Below, in pieces: positions 1 through 11,629 of a DNA stretch of 64,000 nt. The notes under the pieces were generated by a model that worked only from the letters and a program-made list of their open reading frames with translations, was not told the origin of the DNA and made no database searches. A program made the translations under genes and the position numbers. Source of the DNA: Lama guanicoe (lineage: Eukaryota); contig MU053873.1 of the NCBI GenBank assembly GCA_013239625.1, positions 2,370,524 through 2,434,523 of the forward strand, given 5' to 3'. Position 1 is the stretch's first letter. Each line of letters opens with the position of its first letter.

Positions 1-249
1 CCTCAGGGCTCAGGTATTCACCCACCTCAATCCTGCCTCCGTTCAAGGGTATTAACTCACTGGCACCTCCAGCCTGTCCTCTATTCGGTTGTGCAGGCTT
101 TCAAGGCCAGGATGACACCTATACACAGAGAATCACGGGCTGTTCATAGCAAGGAGACGTCAGTATGAGAGTGGACGGGACATGGTGACGTGCTAACGAT
201 CTCAGCAGTGACCCTGCTCATTTCCCTGTAGGACCTTAGAGTAAACGCC

Positions 250-471
250 CTGCAGCAAGAGCTTTTACTGCAAAGGGCCAGAGAGTAAATTCCTTGGGCT
301 TTGCAAGCCATTTGGTCTCAGCCACAACTGCTCAACTCCACCCTTGTAGTTCAAAAATAGTCATAGATAATAAGTAAATGAATGAGCATGGCTGTGTTCT
401 AATAAAACTTTATTAACCAAAAGAAGTGGAGGGCCAGACGTAGCTCACATAGTTGGACACAGCTGATCCCT
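250..471 (+). mobile_element. MER58A-like hAT-Charlie non-autonomous DNA transposon
   Basis: Matches recalled MER58A consensus: AAAGGGCCAGA-AGTAAAT...CAACTGCTCAACTC...GAATGAGCATGGCTGTGTTCTAATAAAACTTTATT. Confidence 0.85.
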
Positions 472-519
472 AATCTAAGGCTGGGATGATGTCTGTTTAT
501 AACGTGGGTGTCAGTTTCA

Positions 520-815
520 ATCAACTGTCTGTGACTACCAGGAGTAAGGACTCTTTCTTGAGTCCGAGACCTGCCTAGGGCTCAATGCAAAAGCGAATGG
601 TGCTCAATTAGCCGTGTCTATCTTGGCCCAGTATGGGATTCAACAGCACTCATACTGCACATTTTGCACCCCTGGCCTCAGGAAACCTCAGCAATCAGAA
701 AGAGCTCAAGCAATATGGTACACATCGCCTCTATTAGTATGGAGAGGACTCATCTGGGAAACCTGGTCTCTTACCAAACAGATGGCAAACCTCTGGGAAC
801 TTCACAACCTGTACC
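520..815 (+). mobile_element. Highly decayed CR1/L3-clade LINE fragment (post-RT region of ORF2)
   Basis: Frame from 587 reads AKANG...SILAQY...HSYCTFCTPGLRK...ERAQ and a shifted frame reads LGNLVSY...LG; both resemble CR1 KKANGIL...VILPLY...HLEYCVQFWAP...LERVQ...LEHLSYEERLRELG. Confidence 0.5.
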
Positions 816-854
816 TTTGCAGGGACTGCTCCATTGGCCCCCCTAGACTCTGAG

Positions 855-975
855 TGACTTGAAGGTAGAAACCATGTGTTTTGTTCTCTGTTTCTACACA
901 CCTAACAGAGGCTGGCATTGTGTTTAGTGAATGTCTCTCATATAAATGAATGAATGAGTGAATGAATGAATGAAT
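855..975 (+). mobile_element. L2 LINE 3' end
   Basis: L2-type 3' UTR ending in (GAAT)n tail. Confidence 0.75.
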
Positions 976-1149
976 TGGAGATTTAACAGAGGCAGATAAC
1001 ATTTCATGAATGGCAACTATGTACTAGGTTAAGGCATTTGTATACCTACTATCCCATCTCCAACACAAGAATCCTATGAAGCAGAAATCATAAAGTCTAG
1101 TTCTCAGGCTAAGTGGCTTTCTAAATTATGACAACACTAAAAATAGTAA

Positions 1150-1380
1150 TGATGGTGAGGGTAACAGTGGCAGCTGCCACTTATATTCCTGGACCAGAAA
1201 CTGTGCCATGCATTTCGTTTATATTCTTCAGTGGAATCTGTGAAAGAGGGGCACGCTTTAACTCCCATTGTGTAGATGGGGAAATCAAGGCACCGGTGCA
1301 GAAGCCGCTGGCCTGAGATTAAGCAGCGGAATGTTGCTGAGCCAACACGTGGCAGCAGATCCAAAGGTCTGCCTTTGAGG
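1150..1380 (-). mobile_element. MIR SINE
   Basis: Reverse core CCCATTGTGTAGATGGGGAAATCAAGGCAC. Confidence 0.7.
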
Positions 1381-2469
1381 CTCATGCTCGCGGCACCGAA
1401 TCAAAGTCTGCCTGCACGCTGGGTCTTGCATGATTAGATGGAGGGGGCTCAGCAGTAGTGGCCCTGGCCCGCTTCGGCTGGGACAGGTCACAGGCTGAGC
1501 AGGACAGGGCAGCAGGGGCGGGCGCGTGTGGGCAGGGGTGGGCTGCCTCCCCACCCGCCGAGGTCCCGCCTCAGCTCCTTGGCAGCAGCAGGCTGGGAGC
1601 CCTGGTGTGCCCTGCGCCCCTGTGATTGGCAGCCTGCAGATGGCGGGGGTGCCTTGGAATTTATTATCCAAGCATGCCTTTCCGAGGGGGCCTCACTGCC
1701 TGACACTGCTTTATCGGAAAGCTGGGAATGGTTAGCCGAGCCCATCTGTTAGCCAAAGAGGGGAGCTCAGTGGGTGGGGAAGTCTGCGGAGTCATTTAAA
1801 AGGAATTTCTCTGATGCTGAGGCCAGGGTGGAAGGTTATCTATCTGCCTGTGGGCTCGCAGGCTGCCTGGTTTGGGGGTTTGGCGGCTTAGAGGGTGGTG
1901 TGTCTGGGTTTCATAGGGGGCTCTCCTTCCTCGTTCTAAACCAAAAATTGCTGGGGCCCGTCCCCCTTCCTTCCAAGCAACAACTTTAACCAGTGATCCT
2001 TCATAGCTAACCTCCCCCTCAACATTAGCATCGTCAGCGTCTCGATGACGAACCTGGGACAGATGGGGATAAATGCAACAATCTGAATTAATACCGGGGT
2101 CGCTAATGAATCCGGGAACTGGGAAATAATTAGGAAAAGTCGCCTGCCATGGCGACGCTGTGTGTTGGATGCTTCCTCCTCTGTCCCCTCCTACCAGCCA
2201 GGGTGCAGCCGTCAGGGTATTCTGGTCTCAGGACCTGACCTTGGGCTTGTTTCCTGGTGTGCTTATGACGGGCTGGTGAACAGCAGGAGAAGAGCAGCTC
2301 TCCACTGGGCATCCAAAGTTCATCTGTGCTGGAACAAAGCCCTGGAGTGGCCACTGGGAGACCTGGGTTCAAGTGCAGACTCTTGGTGAGAGGCCTTGGA
2401 GTACGTGGTCCCCCTGCCCTGGTGCTCAGCCGACATACACCATCATCGAGGGCGACACGGACCACCTGC

Positions 2470-2665
2470 CGCTCTGGGTGGGCACATCCTAAGTGGTTTA
2501 CGTGCAGTATCTCACTTAATCTGCAACCAGATCTCTAGAGCTCTGTAAATCCTCATTCTTCCGAGGAAAACTGCTTCAGTAACTTGGACTAACATCAACA
2601 GTTGATAGTAGGGCTGGTTTCAAACCCAGAAATCCAGCTCAAAGGTCTGAGCCCTTGCCCACATC
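2470..2665 (-). mobile_element. MIR SINE
   Basis: TATCTCACTTAATC...GAGGAAAACTG...GGGCTGGTTTCAAACCCAG. Confidence 0.65.
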
Positions 2666-2849
2666 ACTCCATGGCCTTTTGCCATGAGGATCGGGATAAT
2701 CTTTGATGTTTCTTCCAACGTTTGACGTTTTTAGACCTGCGGGATTCTACATGCTTGCAAATATCTGCTTTGCAACATGGAAGGGGGGAAGAGCTATACT
2801 TTTGTAATTGGCTGTCTGACAAGGCTGGGCCCCTATTCCATGTGCTCAG

Positions 2850-3060
2850 ATACGTACTCCTTCTTTCTGAAACTTAGCACAACTGCCATTGAATAACTAA
2901 TTGAGTATTTAATGGTTTCACGGCTATCTACCCTGCTAGACTGGAGATTCCACAAGGATATCACCTGTTTTGCTCACTGCTGTGTGCCAGCTACAGAGAA
3001 GGGTGGCAGGTACATTCTATGTTCTTAATGAGTATGGAATGAATGAATGAATGAATGAGC
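2850..3060 (+). mobile_element. L2 LINE 3' end
   Basis: CTAGACTGGAGATTCCACAAGGA...TTTTGCTCACTGCTGTGTGCCAG...(GAAT)n. Confidence 0.8.
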
Positions 3061-3624
3061 AAGTGAAGCTGGGAGGTCAGGCTCAGCCCCACTGAGCAGA
3101 AGCCCCTTGACTATGCTACCCTACGATGTCTATGTGATCTGTCCAGAGCTGCTGCTTCCTGGGCAGGGGCACAGAAACACGCTCAGTGCTCAGCATCCTT
3201 GCAAGGGCAGCAGGCACTGACGGGGCTCCTCTGGTGCGGGGTGGGGGGCCGTGTCCAAGGTTGACTCCAGCCCCCGCCTCCCCCTCTTGTGGGAGCCGAG
3301 CTCACCCGAGCTGCTTCACACAGACATGCTTGAATAGCAACCAGGGCTGTCTGGGCATCACATGACCACCCAGCTGCCACGGGGGCTGGAGGCGGCTGGG
3401 GGGCTTGGGGGTCACCTCCACAGTTAAGTCATGTACCTGGCAGAGGCCCTGTTTATGGAGAATGGTTCAAGGAACAAAGCGTTCTTCATTTTTCTTTTCT
3501 TTCCTCTTCCTTACTTCTCTTTTCTTGGCCATCGGGATGCAGAATATTTCCAAGCCGGGTGGCCAAGGTGAGGGAAGCTTTCAGGCAGGGGGAGGAGAAT
3601 CTGCCTTATGATCCGCAGGACGTC

Positions 3625-3830
3625 TCATGGCCAAGAGCCGAGATGCTGAACTGGGAGTTCCCAGGTTCAAACTGTGGCTTCTCCAAGACCTGGCACGACA
3701 ATGACCTTGAGCTACTTAATCAACCCCTCTGAGCTTTACTTCTCCTCGTCTGTTCAATGAAAGGCATCGTGCTTCCGAAGTTATTTCAAGGATTCGAGAG
3801 ATCATGCAGAGAAAATACTCAGCACATCCT
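3625..3830 (+). mobile_element. MIR SINE
   Basis: CCAGGTTCAAA...TGACCTTGAGC-TACTTAA...CTCTGAGCTT...CTCGTCTGT. Confidence 0.65.
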
Positions 3831-4580
3831 TCTCATCCAGTTCAGTTAATGCAGCCAATATAACCACAATAATGATAATAGCTTTCACTGTGAAAACAGA
3901 AAACTAGTCCTGAGGCTTCTTCGTGCCATGGATGGATACCAATTAAACAGGAGAGTCCACATTTTTGCCACTGGCTTTTCCAGATGAGGGAGCAAAGAAG
4001 GACTAGTTGAGGTAGATGCTCTGGGGTCTTTGCAATTTTCCATCAACCGCTTGAGCCTAAAAGTTTCCAAGAGGTCATGGAGTTTAAGCCCTGGGAGATG
4101 CTGAGGACCAGAGATGGGAAGGGACAAGCCCCAGGTCACACAGTAGCAGATGGGCAAAAACCAGATGTTCTTATTCTTTCTGAATGAATGAATGTGGTCT
4201 AGTTCTTCTGACAAACAGCAGCCTATGCCCTCAGCAAAGGTGAGCGACTGGCTGGCAGTGCCTGGAGGTTGAGTCAGGGTCAGAGCCGAGACTGACGGAG
4301 ACCAGGGAGAGTGGTCAACACCCTCTACCCACACAGCTTGTTTGCATGCAGTTAGGTGTTCTGGTCCTCATACCCATCTGCTGTTCCAAAGTGGGTCTCA
4401 CAGGTGTATTGCTCAGCCCAGGGTGGCACGTGAGTGGGTGGCGGGGTGAGTGGCCAGAGCTGGAGCTGAGAGCCCTGCACCCCAGGCTTCATGGCACATC
4501 ACGTAGGGCACCCCCAGGCAGGAAGATCACTCTCTCCTCCTGAGCCCCATGAAACCTCGTATTCTAATGTCTAAGGAAGC

Positions 4581-4756
4581 CCCACTCTGTGCCCTTGAGC
4601 AAGTTACTTCTGCTCTGTGGGCCTCAGTGTTCTCACCTGTAAAACAGGAATACTGTACTATCCCCTCACTGAAGGTGGCTAGACAAATTAAATGAGTCCA
4701 TTAATTTAAAGCTCTTACAACAGGGTTGAGCACATAGTAAGTGCTCAATAAATTTT
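4581..4756 (+). mobile_element. MIR SINE
   Basis: CTTGAGCAAGTTACTT...GCCTCAGTGTTCTCACCTGTAAAA...GCACATAGTAAGTGCTCAATAAAT. Confidence 0.9.
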
Positions 4757-4944
4757 GTCCCCCGAGTTGCCCAGATGTCACAACTCAGGGCAAGGAGGTG
4801 ATGCTGCGCCGTCAAGGGCTGGCCCCCTGGGATGAAAGGTGCACGACCCTTGGTCATGGACTCCATGGACATGTGGCCATTCCCAGGTACAGTGGATAAG
4901 CCCTGCTTGTCAAGAGAAGTCCTGTGGGAAAGGCAGGCTTTCTG

Positions 4945-5065
4945 CTCTAGAGGGAAGGCCAGATACCTGATTAGAATCCCATCGCAGTCACTGACCAGCT
5001 GTGTGACCTCCAGCTAGTCACTTCACCTCTCTGAGCCTCAGTGGCCTCATCCATAAAATGGGGCT
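4945..5065 (+). mobile_element. MIR SINE (5' part and core)
   Basis: AGCTGTGTGACCT...TCACTTCACCTCTCTGAGCCTCAG...CCTCATCCATAAAATGGGG. Confidence 0.85.
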
Positions 5066-5194
5066 TCCTTGAGAATTTCATGGGATGGGATTCCTCCAGG
5101 TAGGTCTGCTTTGCTTAGAGCTGAACCCTTAGTGGCGAGCACGAAGCTTAACACTGAAGGAACGTTTCAGGAGCCCTCGGCAAATGGGTAACTA

Positions 5195-5440
5195 TTAATA
5201 GCTCCATGGATTAAAGGCTTAACAAGGAGCCAGGTACTGTTCTCAATACTTCCCATCCACCAGTTCATTTAATTTTTATGGTGAGACATAGTCTGTAATG
5301 ACCCCCATGTCACAAGTGAGCAAACAGAGGCTTGGCCAAAAATAGCTGAATCACTTGCCTAAAGTTGGCCAGCTAGTAAGTGGCAGAGCAAGGACTTGAA
5401 CTCGGGCTACCTGAAACTCAAGCCTTAGCTTATCAACACC
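5195..5440 (-). mobile_element. MIR SINE
   Basis: CACTTGCCTAAAG...CAGCTAGTAAGTGGCAGAGCAAGGACTTGAACTC. Confidence 0.85.
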
Positions 5441-5699
5441 AGAAAGAAGGGAGAAAAGAGGTGTAAAGGAAGTGCCCATCACTCAGAGCAGCACACACCT
5501 GTGTGACTGATACGTATCTGTACAACCGATGCATTCATTCAAATCAGAGACATCCCTCAACAGTTGCTTTTGTTTCCCGTCTGCAGGGTCTCTGGGATCC
5601 AGAGATGTACAGACAGGGCCCCCGACCACAGGGAACTCAGAAGCAAACCCAAATGGTAGCCAGAAGGCTGCTGACTTTCCTGCAGGAGTGCCCGGCAGA

Positions 5700-5890
5700 G
5701 GCTCACAGCACTGGTTCTCCGGCTCAGGCCAGCCCTCTGCAGGTTAGTGTAGCCTACATAACATTTTTAAAAATATCTGAATTGGTTGCCAGAATTTAAA
5801 ATTTGGGAGATTTCACATAAAAATGCAAATTCCTGGTGTAGAAGAGAAAAGCGTTTTCCATGTGGCTCTGTGCTGGCCTCACTTTTCATC
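5700..5890 (+). mobile_element. MER102-like hAT-Charlie element fragment
   Basis: TGAATTGGTTGCCAGAATTTAAAATTTGGGAGATTTCACATAAAAATGC matches recalled MER102. Confidence 0.7.
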
Positions 5891-6429
5891 GTGTTTCTGG
5901 CCTGGCCCCTGGGGGCATCTGAGTCTGCGACCCGGGGCGGACAGGGCTGTGGGAGGCTGGTGGGGGACGCGACCTTGTTGGCCAATGGCTCAGAGAGGGG
6001 CCCAGTCCTGGGAAGGTTTGCTTGTCTTGCTTGGATAAAGATGACTCACAGGGCCAGTGTGGGGCTCGCGCAGAGCCAGCTTTCCTTTCCTACTTTGTTT
6101 TTATAAAGTAGAAATAGAAGTTTCCATAACGTGGTGCAACTCCACCCAGCACTGGCAGGCCTTGGGGAGTCACTGCTGTTTGCGAGTGTCCGAGGGAACG
6201 CTCTGGGTAGAAGCCTGCTATTTATTGCTCCCGGGTTCACAGAGCCTCAGAGCAGGACAGCACGTTCTCATCTTCAAGACTAGCGCTGCCAGGAGACGGG
6301 GACTCTCCACTGTGTCCTCCCTTGGGCGAGATGGTCAAGGGGCTGCATCCCTCAGGCCACAGGAAAAGAGCAGCAGGACAAGAGACCCAGTCCAGGCTCT
6401 GTAAGCCATCTCCCCATCCATCTAATCAT

Positions 6430-6615
6430 CTTTCCTTCCTTCCATCCATCCTCCATCCATCCATCCTTTCAAGGACAATTTATTGAGAACCTGCTATGTT
6501 TCAGACTCCCCATGCTAGACTCTGAAGATAAAGAAGTAGACAAAACAAAAACTGCTCTGTTCCCACAAAGTCTATAGTCAAGTTGGAGAAACAGACATCA
6601 ACAAGGTAGTAACAG
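6430..6615 (-). mobile_element. L2 LINE 3' end
   Basis: (CCAT)n then TTTATTGAGAACCTGCTATGT...GCTAGACTCTGAAGATA...TCTATAGTC...GAGAAACAGACA. Confidence 0.8.
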
Positions 6616-6799
6616 AAGACAAAGGGTCCATTGATAGATTTAGTTTGGCTAACCCTAGAATAGGGTACCATGTGGCCCTTTAAATGAAGCAGATACCAGT
6701 AAGGTAAGGACATCGAACAACCCTCTAAGTGGAAAAAGCCAGGGCTCGGACAGTGATGGCAGTGTGTCCATTTGTAAAGAACAGAGTCCTTGGCTGGGC

Positions 6800-6965
6800 T
6801 TTCGTGGACTTGTATTTTCAGGAAACGTCTGGGAGAATCCACAAGGGAACAAGGGATGCCTTGGGGATAAAGCTGGGGTGTTAGGGTACAAGGAGGTGAG
6901 AGAGCTTTTTTTGCTGTGTAAATGTTTGCTTTTTAAAATGTGTAATGTTGTTTCAACAAAATGGC
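6800..6965 (+). mobile_element. Old L1M (L1ME-like) 3' UTR fragment
   Basis: TCTGGGAGAATCCACAAGGGAAC...TGCCTTGGGGA...GAGAGCTTTTTTTGCTGTGTA pattern. Confidence 0.5.
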
Positions 6966-7704
6966 AAGGGAACTTATGATAGGTGGAGATTGCTAAATAG
7001 ATAAATAGATGCACGAGAGATGAGAAGAGAGAGAAGGAAGAAGAGGAGGAGGGAGGGGAAGGGGAGGAGGATGAAAGGAGGAAGAAGTAGTCACTCGGAG
7101 AAAGGAAAAAGAAAAAGCCTTTGCAAGTTCGGTGGTTTGGTAAGCACTTTGAAAGCGAAATCCAGGCCGCCATGGAGCATCCAGAGAAAGCCTCCCTGAA
7201 GATGGGGCATTTGGGTGGGCACACAGAGTTGCCTGGGGCGCAGAGATGGGCACAGACTTCCAGGCACTGAGGAGCAGTGGGTCCTCAGGCCTGCCCCTTC
7301 CCTCTCTGGACATTAAGTGCTACATCAGTAAAGAGGAACAAAGATACCTCTCAGCCCAGGGTCTAGGAAGCTCCAGGAAGCAGCGGACGCATGTCTGATT
7401 CCAGGCTGTCTTAACCTCTACAAGCTGTAAACCACCTCCCCAGGGCACCCGCCCAGCCTCCTCCTGCTCCCTCTTCCCTAGTGCAATACAGAAAAGTGAC
7501 CAACACTGGGACAGGCAAAAAAAAGAAAGAAAACCTGGCCATATAGCAAAGCTCATGGCCATTAAATTCCAAAGACACTCTCTGTGTCTCCTGGGGGAGG
7601 GCGGTCCCTTGTACCTTTCTACCCTCCCCACCCAATGAACTACGGAGGTGAATAAGGTGAATTTATCTGAGGGACTGGATGCCCGCTGCCCCTCGTACTG
7701 CACA

Positions 7705-7960
7705 CGATGATAATAACAGCAAATACTTCACGAGCGCTAGCTGCGTGCCAGGTACTTTGCGACAAGACTGCATTCTTTCCCCCAGGCAAGTCCGGGAGAC
7801 AGGTAGCCACGTGGCCACTGATCCCTGTTCATGAGATGACAGTCTGGGGCTCAGAGAAGTTTAGTTATTTGCTCAAGCCTGCAGAGCTACTAAATGTTGC
7901 AGCGAGAATCTGAATCCAGGTTATGCTGACCCCAGAGTTTGTTCTCTTGACCACCAACCT
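7705..7960 (-). mobile_element. MIR SINE
   Basis: TAATAACAGC...GTGCCAGGTACTTTGC...GGCTCAGAGAAGTTTAGTTATTTGCTCAAG. Confidence 0.8.
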
Positions 7961-8619
7961 GTATTGCTGCCCGTGCCACGAGAGGCCCTTCTTCTCCACA
8001 TGTCACAACCAGGGAAGGCTGCCTGGAAGAGGGGCCACTTAGGTGGTGCCTGGGAGGATCAGAGGGCTTTCAATTCCTCCTCTAAGAGAATCAGCCCTCT
8101 TCCAAGAGGAGATTTCTTCAAGAATAAAGGGCCCTGGAGACATTCAAAGGAAACTCATAAAAAAATTCATCTCTGAGTAGTAACTGCATCGTAAAAAAGT
8201 ACTGAGTTGGAGTGCAATTGCAAATTGGGCCGTGTGAATTAATGATGTAAACAGCTGGAAGGAGGGCACACATCCGGAGACACGCCACGCCACAGAGGAT
8301 GCCCCGCCCCACCCTCCTCCCTGCTCTAGGCCAAGGTGGGCAAGGGGGCAGTGTGCCCTGAGGTTTGAGGGACATTTTCAGACCGTCAATGACCACCATC
8401 TCAAACCCCCCAAACCTCCCTTGGCACCACCCAGAGACATGGGTGCACTCTGTTTCCCTCAATCGGCACTTTCTGAGCACCTAGTGTGTAGCAGGATGGA
8501 GCCCCCTTCCTCCCCCTACCCAGTTCTCCCCACGAGAATTGCTCATCCTGGAAAACGAAGATGTGTGTCTATGAACTTGTGGGTCCACACTGTTATTCAT
8601 GCTTTTCTTGGTTTCTTGG

Positions 8620-8960
8620 TGGGGGCAGCATTCAACAAGCATCTATTGACTACCGACTGTGCACAGGGTGGCACCTGACCTCAGCTCTCAGAGCCGGTCA
8701 CCAGAGGTCAAGAAGACGTCCGAGCTGGAAGGAGGTCAGCAGGGACCCAAACAAAACTGGACAGAGTGGGGACAGGCCAGGCAAAGGCATCAGGAGTAGG
8801 GGGAGTGGATCCGGGGAGAGGCCAGCTGGACCATGTGACCACGCATAGTTGAGTAGGGCTGGGAAGCGGGGCTGAGAACGGCAGGGATGAACCTAGGGTT
8901 AGAACATTCTGGAGGAACTCATGTGTCTCCCTAAGGAACTAGGACTTGATTCCCACTTGG
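8620..8960 (-). mobile_element. L2 LINE fragment(s)
   Basis: CATTCAACAAGCATCTATTGACTACCGACTGTGC followed by purine-rich L2-like body. Confidence 0.55.
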
Positions 8961-9199
8961 AGAAAAAAGCAGCCTTTTCTGTCCCCCCACAAACTCAGAT
9001 TCTTGATGGTGCAAGAGGTGGAACCTGCAGTATGTGGGGCTCGCCAAAGTTCAGAGAAGGCTCCCCGCCACCTTTCTGTGGTTTTCAAACTGTGTTCCAT
9101 GGAACCCCGAGGTTCTCTGCCTTTCAGGCAGCTCCATGGTGGCGAGCGAGTGAGAGCTCACAGCAGCAAATGTTCTGGATCCTCGCCTGCTATAAGAAT

Positions 9200-9570
9200 G
9201 ACTCCCACTCAATGCAGAGTAAAGTCAAAATTCTTGACCTTTCATGATCTGCATTAAATTAAACCATTTCCCACCCCCTACCTCTCACTGCCCTGCACCC
9301 CAGCCTCTGGCGACACAAGTACTGGCCAAGCCACAGAAACTTTTTGCTCCTCCACGCCTCCATCCCTTTCCTCATCCTGTTCTTTTTCCAAGGCTGACTT
9401 CAAATTCGTCCTCCTCCAGGAAGCCCTCTGGGCCCTGACAGGTGTCTCTAACATTGCCGATACACCTTGGGTGCTCCCTCTACACCAGAGAGCTCTGACC
9501 TACCAAGAATAAGAGCCCCTTTCTGCTCACTGTGAAGTCCACGAGGACAGAATCTTTGACTTGGTCATCA
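9200..9570 (+). mobile_element. L2 LINE fragment
   Basis: AGAGTAAAGTCAAAATTCTT...CTCCTCCAGGAAGCCCTC...CTGTGAAGTCCACGAGGACAG. Confidence 0.6.
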
Positions 9571-9689
9571 GTTGGGTCAGTACCAGGTTGGGCATTTGGA
9601 AGATCCCCAGAAATGTGAGCAAGTGAGGCCCCAGGAAAGATTGGAGGAAGGGTGGGTTTGGAAAGTATATAAATTAAGGGATGTGTGGT

Positions 9690-9832
9690 TAGATAAATGG
9701 GTGAGGAGGAAGGAAGACAGGAGAGGGAAAGAAGGGGAGGGAGGGAGGAAAGATGGATAGATGGAAAGGAAGGATGGATGAAAGGATGGGAAGGAGGAAG
9801 GAGAGACGGAAAGACAGTGAGATGGACAGACA
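9690..9832. repeat. (GGAT/GGAA)n purine-rich simple repeat
   Basis: Direct reading. Confidence 0.85.
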
Positions 9833-11002
9833 GGCGTACACGTGTACAGCTGGGGGAACCCTGGGTTCCACTTTCCCCGAGAGGCCACGAGGCCTCAGCC
9901 TACCCAGAGCCCCCTCTGCCCTCACTGCCCCGCCCTCCCTCTTGCCTCCATCACAGAGCCAGCCCCTGACATGCCCTCGCCCGCACAGTGATTACGCCTT
10001 GAGCAGCCTCCCGTATCCTGTTCCTGCTCTTCCTACAAGCAGAGAAGCAGAAAAATCCATCCTGATGAGGAGGCAGCAGCCCGCCCTCGCCCTCCCTCCC
10101 CTGTCTTTGCAGCCTGTAACTCTCGAGCAGTCAGGCAGAAACAGGCAGTCAATTTTTTCCAGGGTCGAGCGCCGGCTGGAAAGCACAGCGCTGCAGGGTG
10201 ACGGGGGAGGCGGGGGTCGCTCGGATGGCACGACCATTTCTCCTCCATCCCGGGGGCAGCACCTCCTGCCTCCCTCGCCCAGATGCTGCCAGTTGTGTAA
10301 TGCTGGGGACATACTTCCTCCCTGCCACCACCACTACCATGCAACGGGCTCACCTAAGACCCAGCCCCATGAAACATCACGGGCAGAGCAGAATTCTCTG
10401 TTGGCATCTATCAGATCTTCTTCCCAAGTCCGGCTTCCTACTCTCCTGGAAGGCAGCCTCCTCTCACCCCTGCCTGCCCTCAGTGCCTTAATGCAGGCTC
10501 CCTGGCGGAGGAATAGGCCAGCCACGTGCTTGTACCTACCCAGGTGTCGAGTGGCTCTTTGCTGAGTGCTGTGGTGGCCACCTAGATCCCGCCCCAGCTA
10601 CTGCGAGTGCTGACAGCTCCCAGCTGAGCCCCTGCCCCCAGCAACTGCCTTTTGCTGGAGAACACTACCTTGTCCAAGGTCAAACCTTCTTCCAGTGTCT
10701 GGTCAGTGAGGGGGTACACAGCCCTGGCCTCCTTGCCTCTAAGAGAGATGACTTTAAAGAGCCATCTCAGCTCTAGAGCCCCCCATGGGATCAGCTGGGG
10801 CCCTTGGTGAGCTGAACTGCACCCCAACTCCTTTCTGCCTCATTCTGCTTATTCCCTTCCTTGGAAGGTGTAGATCCCAAGGGTCTCCCCCACTGTACCT
10901 CGATAAACCCCCTGCACTCAAAGTCCCAGTGTCTCACGGTCTGAGTCCAGAGGAATCAATCTTCAACAGCCGTTTTTGCATTCGCTTATTTACTCTCTTG
11001 GG

Positions 11003-11060
11003 CATCCCTGCCGACCAGTCCCCTCGATCCACATCCCTGCCGAGCAATCCCCTCGATCCA
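11003..11060. repeat. 29-bp tandem duplication (2 copies, 27/29 identical)
   Basis: CATCCCTGCCGACCAGTCCCCTCGATCCA / CATCCCTGCCGAGCAATCCCCTCGATCCA. Confidence 0.95.
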
Positions 11061-11629
11061 TGAGTCAGGAGCCCAGGGCTCAGGGAGGTGGGATGCCTTG
11101 TCCCAGATGCACTGAGCGTGCCAGAGCGGGGATTCCACCCTCGCTAGTCTAGCCCCCTGCTAGCTCATCGGGAACCCAATCTCCCCTGTCTCTGCCCTTA
11201 GGAGACAACCCGATGGAGATTCACAATCCCTTTCTGATTTCAGGGAAGCCCCCTGAGACCAGGGCTCCCCACCTCAGCTGTCATGGTACCAGGTGGAGAG
11301 ACACAGCACACGCCCCGGGATCAGCCTCCACTTCCGGGTCTCCAGATGGCAGGGTTTACTCCAGCCACCTTGCTTATATTGGGCACCGGATCCTACCCGC
11401 CTCTCACTCATCAATTTCCGGGGGATGGCGCAGAAGGGTGGGTCATGTGGTATAACTGGAAGGGCCAGCCGCATCTGGCTTCAGTCCTGGGCTCTTGGGA
11501 GAACGGGCCACCTCACGCTTCTCTGAGCCTCCACGTCATTTTTCAAAGGGACTGTTGTGAGGATTGCCCCCCAGCAGCCACTGAGGGGTCCTCATGTCCC
11601 CCCTGCATTACTGGTGATGATGTCCAACT

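Noticed and set aside
1..215. Possible old LTR fragment at the window start
   Set aside because: Only a vague resemblance to MaLR/ERVL LTRs; could not assign a family or boundaries.
9753..10565. 270-aa ORF, the longest in the window
   Set aside because: Starts in a (GGAT/GGAA)n repeat; Pro/Ser/Leu-rich with no recognisable domain; consistent with a chance ORF in GC-rich DNA.
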